24,348 nt of DNA, taken from contig JBKHHG010000007.1 of assembly GCA_046539225.1 (NCBI GenBank), positions 1-24,348 on the forward strand, given 5' to 3'. A program made the translations under genes and the position numbers. The stretch's first letter is position 1, and each line of letters starts with the position of its first letter. The notes below the pieces were generated by a model. It saw only the letters and a list, made by a program, of their open reading frames with translations. It made no database searches and was not told the origin of the DNA. This stretch comes from Candidatus Nanohaloarchaea archaeon (lineage in GTDB: Archaea; Nanohalarchaeota; Nanosalinia; Nanosalinales; Nanosalinaceae). Positions 8,561-16,769 of this stretch are shown here, piece by piece.

Positions 8561-9483
8561 AGCTTTTCAGCTATAGCATCGGCGATTCTCTCCATCCATG
8601 GCCTCTCCCACTCCTCTTCACGGCCTTCTCCGTGGTAATAAACTCCGGGCTGAGAGTTTAACTCGACTATCCACGGCCTTCCATCTGAATACATGAAGTC
8701 GACGGTGTAAACACTCGGGTTATAACTTTCGAGTTTTTCATCTACTTCTTCAACTATCTCAAAGATTCTCTGACCTAAACTATCTGTCTCGACGTAGATC
8801 TTGTTTCCGCCCAGGGCAACGTTGCTCAAGAGGCCTTCTCCAGGGACTCTGAAGTACGATCCTATCGGTTCTCCACTTACAACAAGGACTCTAAGATCGT
8901 GAGGCCCTTCTATACCGAACTCTGGAAGATTATCTGACTCCATAAACTCCTGCACCAGCATATCTTCGTCGATCCGTTCCGGAACCTTTTCTACAATCTC
9001 TATACCTTCTCCAGATGACCCATAACGTGGCTTCAACACTGCACGGGAAGCAGATTCGAGTATTTTTTGAGTACTCTGCTTTGAGGCCGTTAAAGTCTCA
9101 GGCATGTGCTCTGAAAAGTTTCTGTATGTCTCCAGTTTGTCCTGACAGAGCTCCGCAACCTCAGGATCATTGAAGACCTGGACTTCTTCCTGCATCTTCT
9201 TTTTCAGTCTGTATTTCTGCTTGCTGTGTCGGAAAAGATCGTAGACCCCGTCAAGCCCCACATCTTCGACTTTTTTCCAGTCTTCTCCGTCCCAGTGAAA
9301 GGCCTTCTCCAGCTCTCCACCCGTATACCAGCGGTAATCCCCGCATAAAACCTTCACGTCTCTCTCTTTTAGCATCTCTGTATACTCCGCGTAATCCCTG
9401 TTTTTCCACTTTTTGTCGCCGAAAGGCCTGTCCTTACTCCAGTCTATCTCATCTTCCCACCAGAGAAATGCGACAGTCTTCAT
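8551..9483 (-). CDS. ATP-grasp ligase, paralogue 2 (RimK/YheCD-related)
   Basis: FNDP...ELCQDKLETY, MPET, VLKPRYGSSGEGI, LVQEF, HDLRVLVV, SNVALGG, VDF and VELNSQPG. Confidence 0.85.
   Translation of the reverse strand: MKTVAFLWWEDEIDWSKDRPFGDKKWKNRDYAEYTEMLKERDVKVLCGDYRWYTGGELEKAFHWDGEDWKKVEDVGLDGVYDLFRHSKQKYRLKKKMQEEVQVFNDPEVAELCQDKLETYRNFSEHMPETLTASKQSTQKILESASRAVLKPRYGSSGEGIEIVEKVPERIDEDMLVQEFMESDNLPEFGIEGPHDLRVLVVSGEPIGSYFRVPGEGLLSNVALGGNKIYVETDSLGQRIFEIVEEVDEKLESYNPSVYTVDFMYSDGRPWIVELNSQPGVYYHGEGREEEWERPWMERIADAIAEKLQA
9287..9330. repeat. 44-bp exact direct repeat, copy 1 (copy 2 at 10231-10274)
   Basis: CCGTCCCAGTGAAAGGCCTTCTCCAGCTCTCCACCCGTATACCA is identical in both ATP-grasp paralogues. 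Confidence 0.95.
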
Positions 9484-10418
9484 TCAAACCTCTCCCTCAG
9501 CATCTCGAGAATGTTCTCGATTTTTGGAACCTCCTTCCCCTCCACCTTCACAGGATGATGGTAGTAGGTCCCGGGTTTAGAGTTTAACTCAACTATATGA
9601 GGCCTCCCCTTAAGGTCAAACATGAAGTCAACGGAGAAAATCGCAGGCTGGAAACGTTGAAACTCCGACGCCACTTCTTCAATGATTTTAACCGTGGATT
9701 CAGGAAGCTCGTCTCTATCAACGTAGACCTGATCGCCTCCACGCGAAATATTGCTTATAAGGCCTTCATCCGGGACACGGACATAGTTACCATCCTGGAT
9801 CTCACCGTTTACGACTATAGTTCTCAGGTCGTGAGGGCCTTCAACACCGAGCTCCGGAATCCCATCGGTCTCGACAAAGGCCTGTAACACAAAGTTTTCA
9901 GGCCTTTCAGGTTCTTCAAACTCACTGGTTTTCTCTATGACTTCTACACCCTTACCGGCGAAACCGTAACGCGGCTTGAAAACCGCTTTACCATACTTTT
10001 CCAGTATCTGTTCCAGGTTTTTGGTCGAGGCCTTTAAGGTCTCTGGAACATGATCCGGGAAAAACCTGTACGTCTCCAGTTTATCCTTGCAGATCTTCTC
10101 AAGCTCCGGATAGTTCAAGATCCCGACTTCCTCCCCGATTTTCTGTTTCAACTCTTCTGTCTCCGGGTTGAACTTGAACTTGTCGTATACTCCGTCAAGC
10201 TTCACGTTCCTTAGTTTCTGCCATTCTTTGCCGTCCCAGTGAAAGGCCTTCTCCAGCTCTCCACCCGTATACCATTGGTACTTTGCGATCAATACTTTGA
10301 GGCCTCTTTCTCTCCCAAGTTCTGTGTACCGGGCGAAGTCCTTGCTTCTCTCACCGCCGAAAGGATTATCTCTATCCCATTCGACTTCGGCATCCCATAG
10401 AAAACCTATATTCTTCAT
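9480..10418 (-). CDS. ATP-grasp ligase, paralogue 1 (RimK/YheCD-related)
   Basis: LNYP...KICKDKLETY, VPET, FKPRYGFAGKGV, LQAF, HDLRTIVV, SNISRGG, VDF and VELNSKPG; a clear tandem paralogue of 8551-9483. Confidence 0.85.
   Translation of the reverse strand: MKNIGFLWDAEVEWDRDNPFGGERSKDFARYTELGRERGLKVLIAKYQWYTGGELEKAFHWDGKEWQKLRNVKLDGVYDKFKFNPETEELKQKIGEEVGILNYPELEKICKDKLETYRFFPDHVPETLKASTKNLEQILEKYGKAVFKPRYGFAGKGVEVIEKTSEFEEPERPENFVLQAFVETDGIPELGVEGPHDLRTIVVNGEIQDGNYVRVPDEGLISNISRGGDQVYVDRDELPESTVKIIEEVASEFQRFQPAIFSVDFMFDLKGRPHIVELNSKPGTYYHHPVKVEGKEVPKIENILEMLRERFE
10231..10274. repeat. 44-bp exact direct repeat, copy 2
   Basis: Identical to 9287-9330; encodes WYTGGELEKAFHWDG on the minus strand. 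Confidence 0.95.
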
Positions 10419-10472
10419 AACAGGATTCTATTCCTCTACATTCTTAATAGATTTAATTACCTACACAGATGC

Positions 10473-11621
10473 ATGGATTACAGCCGGGAAAAACTTGAAG
10501 TCAGGCCCGAAAAACCTGTGCAGGAGCTGCAGCGGCTTCTTAAGCAGCTGGCCGGCGAGGCGGACTGGAACACCAACATCAGTATAAAGAACCGGGAAAG
10601 ACAGAAAAAAGCCTTCAAAAACGCCAGGAAAAAAGGAGAGGCCTGGGAGCCAGACTTCAGGTTTAAAGATCCGGGAAAAGACCTCAGTACTCTGAAGTAT
10701 AATATTGAGAAATGTATAGAGGCCTCGAAAAAGATAGGGGTTGAAGACGTTAGAGACGCAGGATTCAAAGTTTTAGAGCCAGAGGATTTACAGGAGTTTT
10801 TCAGGGAATCATTCAAGGAGTTAAAACTTTACGTCGAGCTCGCGGACCGGGTGGAGAAACGGAAGGCCTGGAAAAGTATCAGCAAAGAGATCTGGCCCAT
10901 GGTACCGAAGAAAGAGTTCCGAAAGTCCGTGAAAAAGGTTGAAGGCCTTCAACCCGGGGAGCCTGAGAAAGTTCTTGACGCCGAAGACCTGAAGAAGATG
11001 TTTGAAGACGAGATCAGTAGACTGGGCTTCGATTACGGCGTGGAGATCAGAGATGTTTCCGGCTGCTTCAACAGGCCTTCCGAGGAAAAACTTGTGGTCG
11101 CTAACGGGGAAAAAGGTGAAAGGCGTTTTTCACGTGAGGAAGCGGAAATGCTTACAAAGCACGAGATCTTCCACGTGGTAAGGGGTGTCAACGGTAGAGG
11201 CCTATCCGAGAAATTCGATGTACTCGGTGTGCACTCTCCTCTCTACGATAAAACCGAGGAGGGCGGGGCGGTTTACCGGGAGAGAAAGACCGGAGCAAAC
11301 TACGAGTCAAAAGACTTTGATTACCATCTGAGGCTGATCGCGGCCTACAAAATGAGCCGGGGAGAGGCCTTTCACAATGTAGTAGAGGAGCTTATGGAAC
11401 TCGGCGGCTCGCTGGACAGAAGCTTCTACCTTGTAGCAAGGAATAGAGAGGCTCTGCGCCATCATATCTATTTTTCTGGTATCAAGGCTTGGGAGGAGAA
11501 CAGTACGGAAAAGCTTTTGATGGGAAAAGTCAGTCCGGAATGGGCGGAGAAGTTCTGGAAAGAAGTAGAGGACGGCGGTTTCAAAAGGCCTGAGATCAGT
11601 GGGGAGGCTGTCTTCAAGTGA
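10473..11621 (+). CDS. DUF1704/MATCAP-like zinc metallocarboxypeptidase (QEGLA-motif family)
   Basis: HEIFHVVRGVNG zinc motif, a downstream TEEGGAVYRE (the QEGLA equivalent) and HHIYFSG. Confidence 0.72.
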   Translation: MDYSREKLEVRPEKPVQELQRLLKQLAGEADWNTNISIKNRERQKKAFKNARKKGEAWEPDFRFKDPGKDLSTLKYNIEKCIEASKKIGVEDVRDAGFKVLEPEDLQEFFRESFKELKLYVELADRVEKRKAWKSISKEIWPMVPKKEFRKSVKKVEGLQPGEPEKVLDAEDLKKMFEDEISRLGFDYGVEIRDVSGCFNRPSEEKLVVANGEKGERRFSREEAEMLTKHEIFHVVRGVNGRGLSEKFDVLGVHSPLYDKTEEGGAVYRERKTGANYESKDFDYHLRLIAAYKMSRGEAFHNVVEELMELGGSLDRSFYLVARNREALRHHIYFSGIKAWEENSTEKLLMGKVSPEWAEKFWKEVEDGGFKRPEISGEAVFK

Positions 11622-11989
11622 AGGATATACTGCTTGACACTAACTTTTTGACGGCGCCTTTCCAGCTGAACGTTTCGATCTTTGAAGGGTTCGAGGAGAA
11701 GTATCCGGGATGCAGTTTCTATACTCTGGATGAGGTTGTTGAAGAGGCTAAAAGCATTGAAGGCGGGAAGTATGGAGGCCTTGTCCAGCAACTGGTCGAG
11801 AAGGAAGGTGTTGAGGTATTGGAGACTGAGGGAAACGGTTTTGTGGACGATCTGCTTGTGGATCTTTCTGACAGGTTTCTGGTGGCGACGAACGATAAGG
11901 AACTTAGGCAGAGGATCCTGGAAAGAGGAAGGCCTGTAGCCTATATCAGGTCGGGGAGTCATGTGGTTATTGAGAACGAGGATTTCTGA
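11618..11989 (+). CDS. PIN-domain protein (Fcf1/Utp24-like)
   Basis: ILLDTNFL, VVEE, VDD and VATNDKELR motifs; in its conserved position upstream of rpoE1. GTG start overlaps the upstream stop codon. Confidence 0.9.
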   Translation: MKDILLDTNFLTAPFQLNVSIFEGFEEKYPGCSFYTLDEVVEEAKSIEGGKYGGLVQQLVEKEGVEVLETEGNGFVDDLLVDLSDRFLVATNDKELRQRILERGRPVAYIRSGSHVVIENEDF

Positions 11990-12055
11990 AGTAGGGGAGT
12001 CATTTAAAACTTTCTTCCGAACGGTTTTTTAGTTCCACAGAGGTAGAGAGTTTTT

Positions 12056-12634
12056 ATGTACAAAAGACTGACGATCGAGGACTCCGTAAGAGTGCCCCCA
12101 GAGCACCTGGGCGGCGATGTAGAGGAAAGCGTACTAAACGGCCTGAAAGAGAAGGAGGGAGAGATCCATCCAGAGCTCGGAGTGATTATAGGGGTGGAAG
12201 AAGTCGAAGATATTGAAGGCGGAGACATCGAGCCGGAGGACGCTGGAGTACATTACGAGGCGGAGTACACCGCGGTCGTCTTTGAACCCGAGATGCATGA
12301 AGTCATCAACGGAGAAGTCGTCGACCTTACAGAGTTCGGGGCCTTCATCAGGATAGGGCCTTTCGACGGACTATGCCACATCTCTCAGGTAACCGATGAC
12401 TACATGAACCTGGACGAGGAGAACATGATGCTGACCTCGGATGAACAGGAGAAGAGCCTGGGCGTCAACGATTTCGTGACTACAAGGATAATCGCGGTCA
12501 GCCTCGGCAACCAGGAAAGCAACAAGATCAACCTTACAATGAGGCAGCCAGGCCTCGGGAAACAGGAATGGATAGAGGCCTACGAGGAAGAAAAAGAGGA
12601 AGAAGAACAGGAAGAAAACGGTGACTCCGAGTGA
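12056..12634 (+). CDS. rpoE1: DNA-directed RNA polymerase subunit E' (Rpo7)
   Basis: VRVPP, EFGAFIRIGPFDGLCHISQV.DD and LTMRQPGLGK motifs; acidic tail. Confidence 0.96.
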   Translation: MYKRLTIEDSVRVPPEHLGGDVEESVLNGLKEKEGEIHPELGVIIGVEEVEDIEGGDIEPEDAGVHYEAEYTAVVFEPEMHEVINGEVVDLTEFGAFIRIGPFDGLCHISQVTDDYMNLDEENMMLTSDEQEKSLGVNDFVTTRIIAVSLGNQESNKINLTMRQPGLGKQEWIEAYEEEKEEEEQEENGDSE

Positions 12635-12816
12635 GCGAAAAGGCCTGTACCGATTGCAAGAGAATAGTAGAAGACTCAGATGAATGCCCTGTCTGCAAGA
12701 ACAACGTTCTATCGGATTCGTGGAGCGGCCTCGTCGTAATCTACGACACAGACTCCCAGATCGCGGAAGAGATGGGCGTGCAAACCCCTGGAAGATACGC
12801 AATAAGAGTAAAATAA
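12631..12816 (+). CDS. spt4: Transcription elongation factor Spt4 (RpoE'')
   Basis: ACTDC..I....CPVC, WSGLVVI.D..SQIA and PGRYAIRV. Confidence 0.95.
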   Translation: MSEKACTDCKRIVEDSDECPVCKNNVLSDSWSGLVVIYDTDSQIAEEMGVQTPGRYAIRVK

Positions 12817-12841
12817 AAGCTTTAACAGGTGAAAGACACAC

Positions 12842-13291
12842 ATGGAACTCGAGATAACAACCGTAAAAGAAAACCCTTTGATGGATAGAAGAGAAGTCAG
12901 GGCGGAAGTAAAACACCAGGAAGAATCAACGCCAAGCGAAGAAGACGTACTAAACCGTATAACAGCCGACAGAGGCCTTGAAAAAGACAACGTCGAAGTA
13001 AACCATATCTACACAAACTACGGAAGCAACAAGTCAGAGGCCTTCCTGCACATCTACGAAGAGTTCGAATACGACGAAGAACTCGAAGAACAGGCAGTAG
13101 AAGAACCAACAGAAGAAAAAACCGGAGCCGGCGAAGAATACACAGAAATAGTCTCAGGCACAATCACAGAAGCCAAAGAGGCCTTGAACGAAATGGAGGG
13201 CCCCGACTACGAAGCCGCGCTCACCGCAGAAAAAGAAAACAAAAACCGTAAAACACTTGTAAACTGGCTTGAAAACCAGATCGAAGCCTGA
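12842..13291 (+). CDS. rps24e: 30S ribosomal protein S24e (eS24) with an acidic linker and an extra C-terminal helical domain
   Basis: [14 protein letters not shown] and I.TNYG motifs; position between spt4 and rps27ae; SD-like AGGTGA upstream. Confidence 0.88.
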   Translation: MELEITTVKENPLMDRREVRAEVKHQEESTPSEEDVLNRITADRGLEKDNVEVNHIYTNYGSNKSEAFLHIYEEFEYDEELEEQAVEEPTEEKTGAGEEYTEIVSGTITEAKEALNEMEGPDYEAALTAEKENKNRKTLVNWLENQIEA

Positions 13292-13325
13292 AAAAAGGCC
13301 TCCAAAAAAAACCGAGGTAAAGATC

Positions 13326-13475
13326 ATGAGCAAACACGAAAAAGTAGCAGTACACGAGAAATACGAAGAAGACGGAAGCAAAAACCACTCACAGTGCCCT
13401 CGATGCGGCAGCTTCCTCGCAGACCACGACGACCGCATGAGCTGCGGCAAATGCGGCTACACCAAGCATCAATAA
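13326..13475 (+). CDS. rps27ae: 30S ribosomal protein S27ae (eS31); real start is probably the ATG at 13326
   Basis: [22 protein letters not shown] zinc ribbon; SD GAGGT at 13314-13318. Confidence 0.92.
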   Translation: MSKHEKVAVHEKYEEDGSKNHSQCPRCGSFLADHDDRMSCGKCGYTKHQ

Positions 13476-13496
13476 CTTTCTTTTATCTACTTCCTT
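13476..13496 (+). terminator. Pyrimidine/T-rich archaeal terminator-like tract
   Basis: CTTTCTTTTATCTACTTCCTT directly after the rps27ae stop codon. Confidence 0.45.
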
Positions 13497-13542
13497 GAAG
13501 GTATAGAGCTTAAAAAGGCCTCTATGGACACACCATTAAACA

Positions 13543-13550
13543 TTTTACAT
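13543..13550 (+). promoter_or_regulatory. TATA-box-like element of kae1 (leaderless spacing)
   Basis: TTTTACAT 23-30 nt upstream of the ATG at 13573; the same ATTTTACATTC occurs at 19491-19501. Confidence 0.45.
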
Positions 13551-13572
13551 TCAAAACCTCAGATAGAAGAAA

Positions 13573-14520
13573 ATGAGAATTTTAGGCCTTGAATCCACCG
13601 CCCATACTTTTGCAGCATCTACTGTAGATGAGGAAGAGATCTATACCAACGAGAAAGATATGTTTGAACCTGATGAAGGCGGGATACATCCGAGAGAGGC
13701 GGCGGAGCACCATTACCAGAAAGCTGAAGAGGTAATCAAAAGAGGCCTGGAGGAACCGATTGATGCGGTGGCTTTTTCGCAGGGACCTGGAATCCCGCAG
13801 TGTCTCGATGTTGGGGCGGTAGCCGCGAGAACTCTGGCGCAGGAACACCAGACACCTTTAATCGGAGTGAACCACTGCGTCGCCCACATCGAAATCGGGA
13901 AGAGAACTACTGAAGCGGAGAGGCCTACCACACTGTATCTGTCAGGCGGCAACTCCCAGGTCATAGCAGAGAAAAACAAAGAGTACCGGATAATCGGAGA
14001 GACACTGGATATTGCGCTGGGAAACGCGGTCGACAAGTTAGCCCGAAAAATGGGTTATCCTCATCCTGGAGGCCCTGAAATCGAAAAATTGGCGGAACAA
14101 ACCGATGAAATTTTGGAGATCGCTTACCCGGTCAAAGGCATGGACTTCTCGTTTTCAGGGATCACAACTGAACTCCAGAAAAAAATCGGGGACGTTGACG
14201 ACACGGTTATTGCGAATACTTTCCAGGAACACGCATATGCAGCCACGGTCGAGGCTCTGGAACGAGCGATGAGCCAGACCAACAGCAACGAGGCCTTACT
14301 CACGGGAGGAGTAGCGATGAACTACCGGCTTAGAGAGATGGTGGAGTCGATGTGCGAGCAGAGAGGCGCGGAGGCCTACTTTATCCCGCCCGAATACTGC
14401 ATGGACAACGCAGCGATGATCGCAGAGCGAGGCCTCAAAAAAGCCAAGAGAAAAGAATTCATAGATATCAAAGACTCCAGGATTAAGCGTAATTGGAGGC
14501 CTGACAGGATAAAGGTGTGA
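13573..14520 (+). CDS. kae1: KEOPS subunit Kae1 (tRNA N6-threonylcarbamoyltransferase), stand-alone
   Basis: LGLESTAHT, GGIHPREAAEHH, SQGPG, VNHCVAHIE, SGGNSQ, GETLDIALGN, GGVAMN and DNAAMIA. Confidence 0.96.
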   Translation: MRILGLESTAHTFAASTVDEEEIYTNEKDMFEPDEGGIHPREAAEHHYQKAEEVIKRGLEEPIDAVAFSQGPGIPQCLDVGAVAARTLAQEHQTPLIGVNHCVAHIEIGKRTTEAERPTTLYLSGGNSQVIAEKNKEYRIIGETLDIALGNAVDKLARKMGYPHPGGPEIEKLAEQTDEILEIAYPVKGMDFSFSGITTELQKKIGDVDDTVIANTFQEHAYAATVEALERAMSQTNSNEALLTGGVAMNYRLREMVESMCEQRGAEAYFIPPEYCMDNAAMIAERGLKKAKRKEFIDIKDSRIKRNWRPDRIKV

Positions 14521-14524
14521 GTAA

Positions 14525-15115
14525 ATGAAAGAGACTGAAGAAGCCAAGAAAACTATAGAAGAAGGAGGCCTGATAATCTATCCGACCGAGACGGCTTACG
14601 CTATCGGTGGAAACGCGTTAGACGAAAAAGTTATTGAAAGGGTTTACGAGGCGAAGCAGAGGCCTCGGAGCAAAGGCTTAACTGTTATAGTGGATTCTCT
14701 GGAGACCGTGGAGAAATATGCTGAGTTAAGTGAGAGTGAGAAGGCCTTAGTTGATGAGTTCATGCCTGGGCCTTTGACACTGGTGGTGGAGAAAAAGGAT
14801 AAGGTCCCGGATTCTTTGAATGAAAGTTTTGTGTTCAGGGTTTCTTCTTCGCCTATCGCGCGAGAACTGGCTGAGAGGCCTTTGATCGCTACTTCCGCCA
14901 ATGTTTCAGGCGGGAAGACTTCTTATTCTGTTGACGAGATTTCCGACGAGCTTCTGGAGAAAGCCGATTTTGTGTTGGATCGCGGGAAACTTCCGAGGGG
15001 GCCTACTTCAACCATCGCTGAAATTCGAGACGGCGAGATTTATATTCACAGAGAGGGACCTGTTAAACAGGAGGAAATAGAGGCTGCTCTCGATGATAGA
15101 AGTCTTCACATCTGA
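14525..15115 (+). CDS. sua5: L-threonylcarbamoyladenylate synthase, single-domain TsaC/YrdC type
   Basis: YPTETAYAIG, K.RP..K, PGPLTLV, ATSANVSG, STI and REG motifs; 196 aa with no SUA5 C-terminal domain. Confidence 0.92.
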   Translation: MKETEEAKKTIEEGGLIIYPTETAYAIGGNALDEKVIERVYEAKQRPRSKGLTVIVDSLETVEKYAELSESEKALVDEFMPGPLTLVVEKKDKVPDSLNESFVFRVSSSPIARELAERPLIATSANVSGGKTSYSVDEISDELLEKADFVLDRGKLPRGPTSTIAEIRDGEIYIHREGPVKQEEIEAALDDRSLHI

Positions 15116-16769
15116 CCTTGCTTTAATTATAATCACAGCGACTCTGCTCGCCTTTCTGGCGAGGAAGACCGGTCAGCCGACGATAATCGGTTATATTGTG
15201 GCTGGCCTGCTTTTGGGCCCGGGTCTGAGTCTTATCTCTGAAACTGAGATGACACGGCTTTTCTCTGAACTGGGTCTTGTGTTACTGCTCTTCCTCATCG
15301 GGCTGGAGATGGAGCTTGAGGAGATAGAGGATATTTTGAGGCCTGTGACTGTGATCGGGGCGGTCCAGATGGCTCTTTTCTTCTGTGTGGGGCTCGGGCT
15401 TTCCAGCGTTCTGGGTTTCAGCCTGGTCGAATCAGTATTTATCGGGGCGGCGGTAATGTTCAGCTCGACCGCTCTCGTGGTTAAGCTGCTGACAGATGAG
15501 GGCCAGATATCGGAGATGTCCGGCAGGCTTGATGTGGGGATACTGCTGGTCCAGGATGTCGTAGTGGTCGTGATAATGGCCTTGATCTCTTCAGGCCTGG
15601 GCAGTCCTTCACAGGTTATCTTCAGGTTCTTTGAGGTAATGCTTCTGATCTCGATGATATCAGTTATCTCCATCTTGTTGTCCCGCAGAGGCCTTTCGCG
15701 GGTGCTCGGGAGAATTTCTGGCGACCAGCACACCCTGCTAATCTTCGGCCTGGCCTGGGCCTTCCTCTTTATATCAACAGCGGAAATACTGAATATTTCC
15801 ACAGAGATAGGCGCCTTTGTAGCAGGTGTAGGCCTGGCACAGCTTCCGTACAGCTTTGAGGTGCAGGAAAGAGTAAGGCCTATGACGGATCTGTTCATGG
15901 CGATCTTCTTCATCAACTTTGGACTGACCATCGTTCCAGAACACCTCACAGCCTATATCCCTGAAGCATTAGCGTTCTCTATTGTAATCATACCTTTGAA
16001 GGCCGTGGCTTTCTTCATAATTATAGACAGACTGGGCTACAGCCTTGAAACAAGTTTTATCGGCGGGATCAACATGACGCAGACAAGCGAGTTCTCCATC
16101 ATTCTCGCAAGCCTCGCAATCTCTACAGGCCTGATCGGTGAGAGCATACTCGGGTTCATAGGCCTTGTAGCCCTGATATCAATGGGTGCTTCATCATACT
16201 TGATAAAGTACAACGAGGAGATACTTGAAAAACTGAGGCCTTACCTCCAGAGATTTGAGACAGAAAAAGTTCAGGACAGCTTTGAGAGCTCGAGAGAAGG
16301 CCATGTGGCGATACTTGGATACGATGAGATGGCGAGGAACACTGTCGAAGAACTGGATGATTTCTACGATGATATAGTTATAGTAGACCGCAAACCCGAG
16401 AACATAGAGCAACTTAACGAGATAAGCCATGAATACATCTACGGCGACATTAGACACGGCAAGGTGAGGCGAGATTCAGGCCTGGAGAATGCAGAGATGG
16501 TGATCTCCTTTATACCGGAGTTCAACCTGAACAAACAGATACTCAGAGCCTGCGGCGAAGACGCCACAAAGATCGTGAAGGCCTCCAACTTTGAAGAGGC
16601 CTCAGAGCTTTATGACATGGACGCACATTACGTTATAATCAAGAACATGCTCTCCGGCGACAGACTCGGGAAACAGCTCAAGGTTTATCTTGAAGACCGG
16701 AAGCTTTTCGATGAAGAGGTAAAAGAGGAGAAGAGAAAGATCGACTGGAGGTCGAGAACATGGAGATAA
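15093..16769 (+). CDS. Kef-type (CPA2) K+/H+ antiporter with C-terminal RCK-N domain, copy 1
   Basis: QPTIIGYIVAGLLLGP, ELGLVLLLFLIGLE, SSTALVVK, GILLVQD, GAFVAG and QTSEFS motifs; RCK-N tail. Confidence 0.9.
   Translation: MIEVFTSDLALIIITATLLAFLARKTGQPTIIGYIVAGLLLGPGLSLISETEMTRLFSELGLVLLLFLIGLEMELEEIEDILRPVTVIGAVQMALFFCVGLGLSSVLGFSLVESVFIGAAVMFSSTALVVKLLTDEGQISEMSGRLDVGILLVQDVVVVVIMALISSGLGSPSQVIFRFFEVMLLISMISVISILLSRRGLSRVLGRISGDQHTLLIFGLAWAFLFISTAEILNISTEIGAFVAGVGLAQLPYSFEVQERVRPMTDLFMAIFFINFGLTIVPEHLTAYIPEALAFSIVIIPLKAVAFFIIIDRLGYSLETSFIGGINMTQTSEFSIILASLAISTGLIGESILGFIGLVALISMGASSYLIKYNEEILEKLRPYLQRFETEKVQDSFESSREGHVAILGYDEMARNTVEELDDFYDDIVIVDRKPENIEQLNEISHEYIYGDIRHGKVRRDSGLENAEMVISFIPEFNLNKQILRACGEDATKIVKASNFEEASELYDMDAHYVIIKNMLSGDRLGKQLKVYLEDRKLFDEEVKEEKRKIDWRSRTWR

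Noticed and set aside
5368..11621. ATP-grasp block as a recent mobile island, or as a lysine/arginine (LysX/ArgX) or RiPP biosynthesis cluster
   Set aside because: There is no integrase or flanking repeat and palindrome density is native. No LysW carrier, other lys/arg genes or precursor peptide ORF is visible.
13269..13325. N-terminal extension of eS31 from an upstream TTG
   Set aside because: An SD precedes the ATG at 13326, and the extension would overlap rps24e and is low-complexity.
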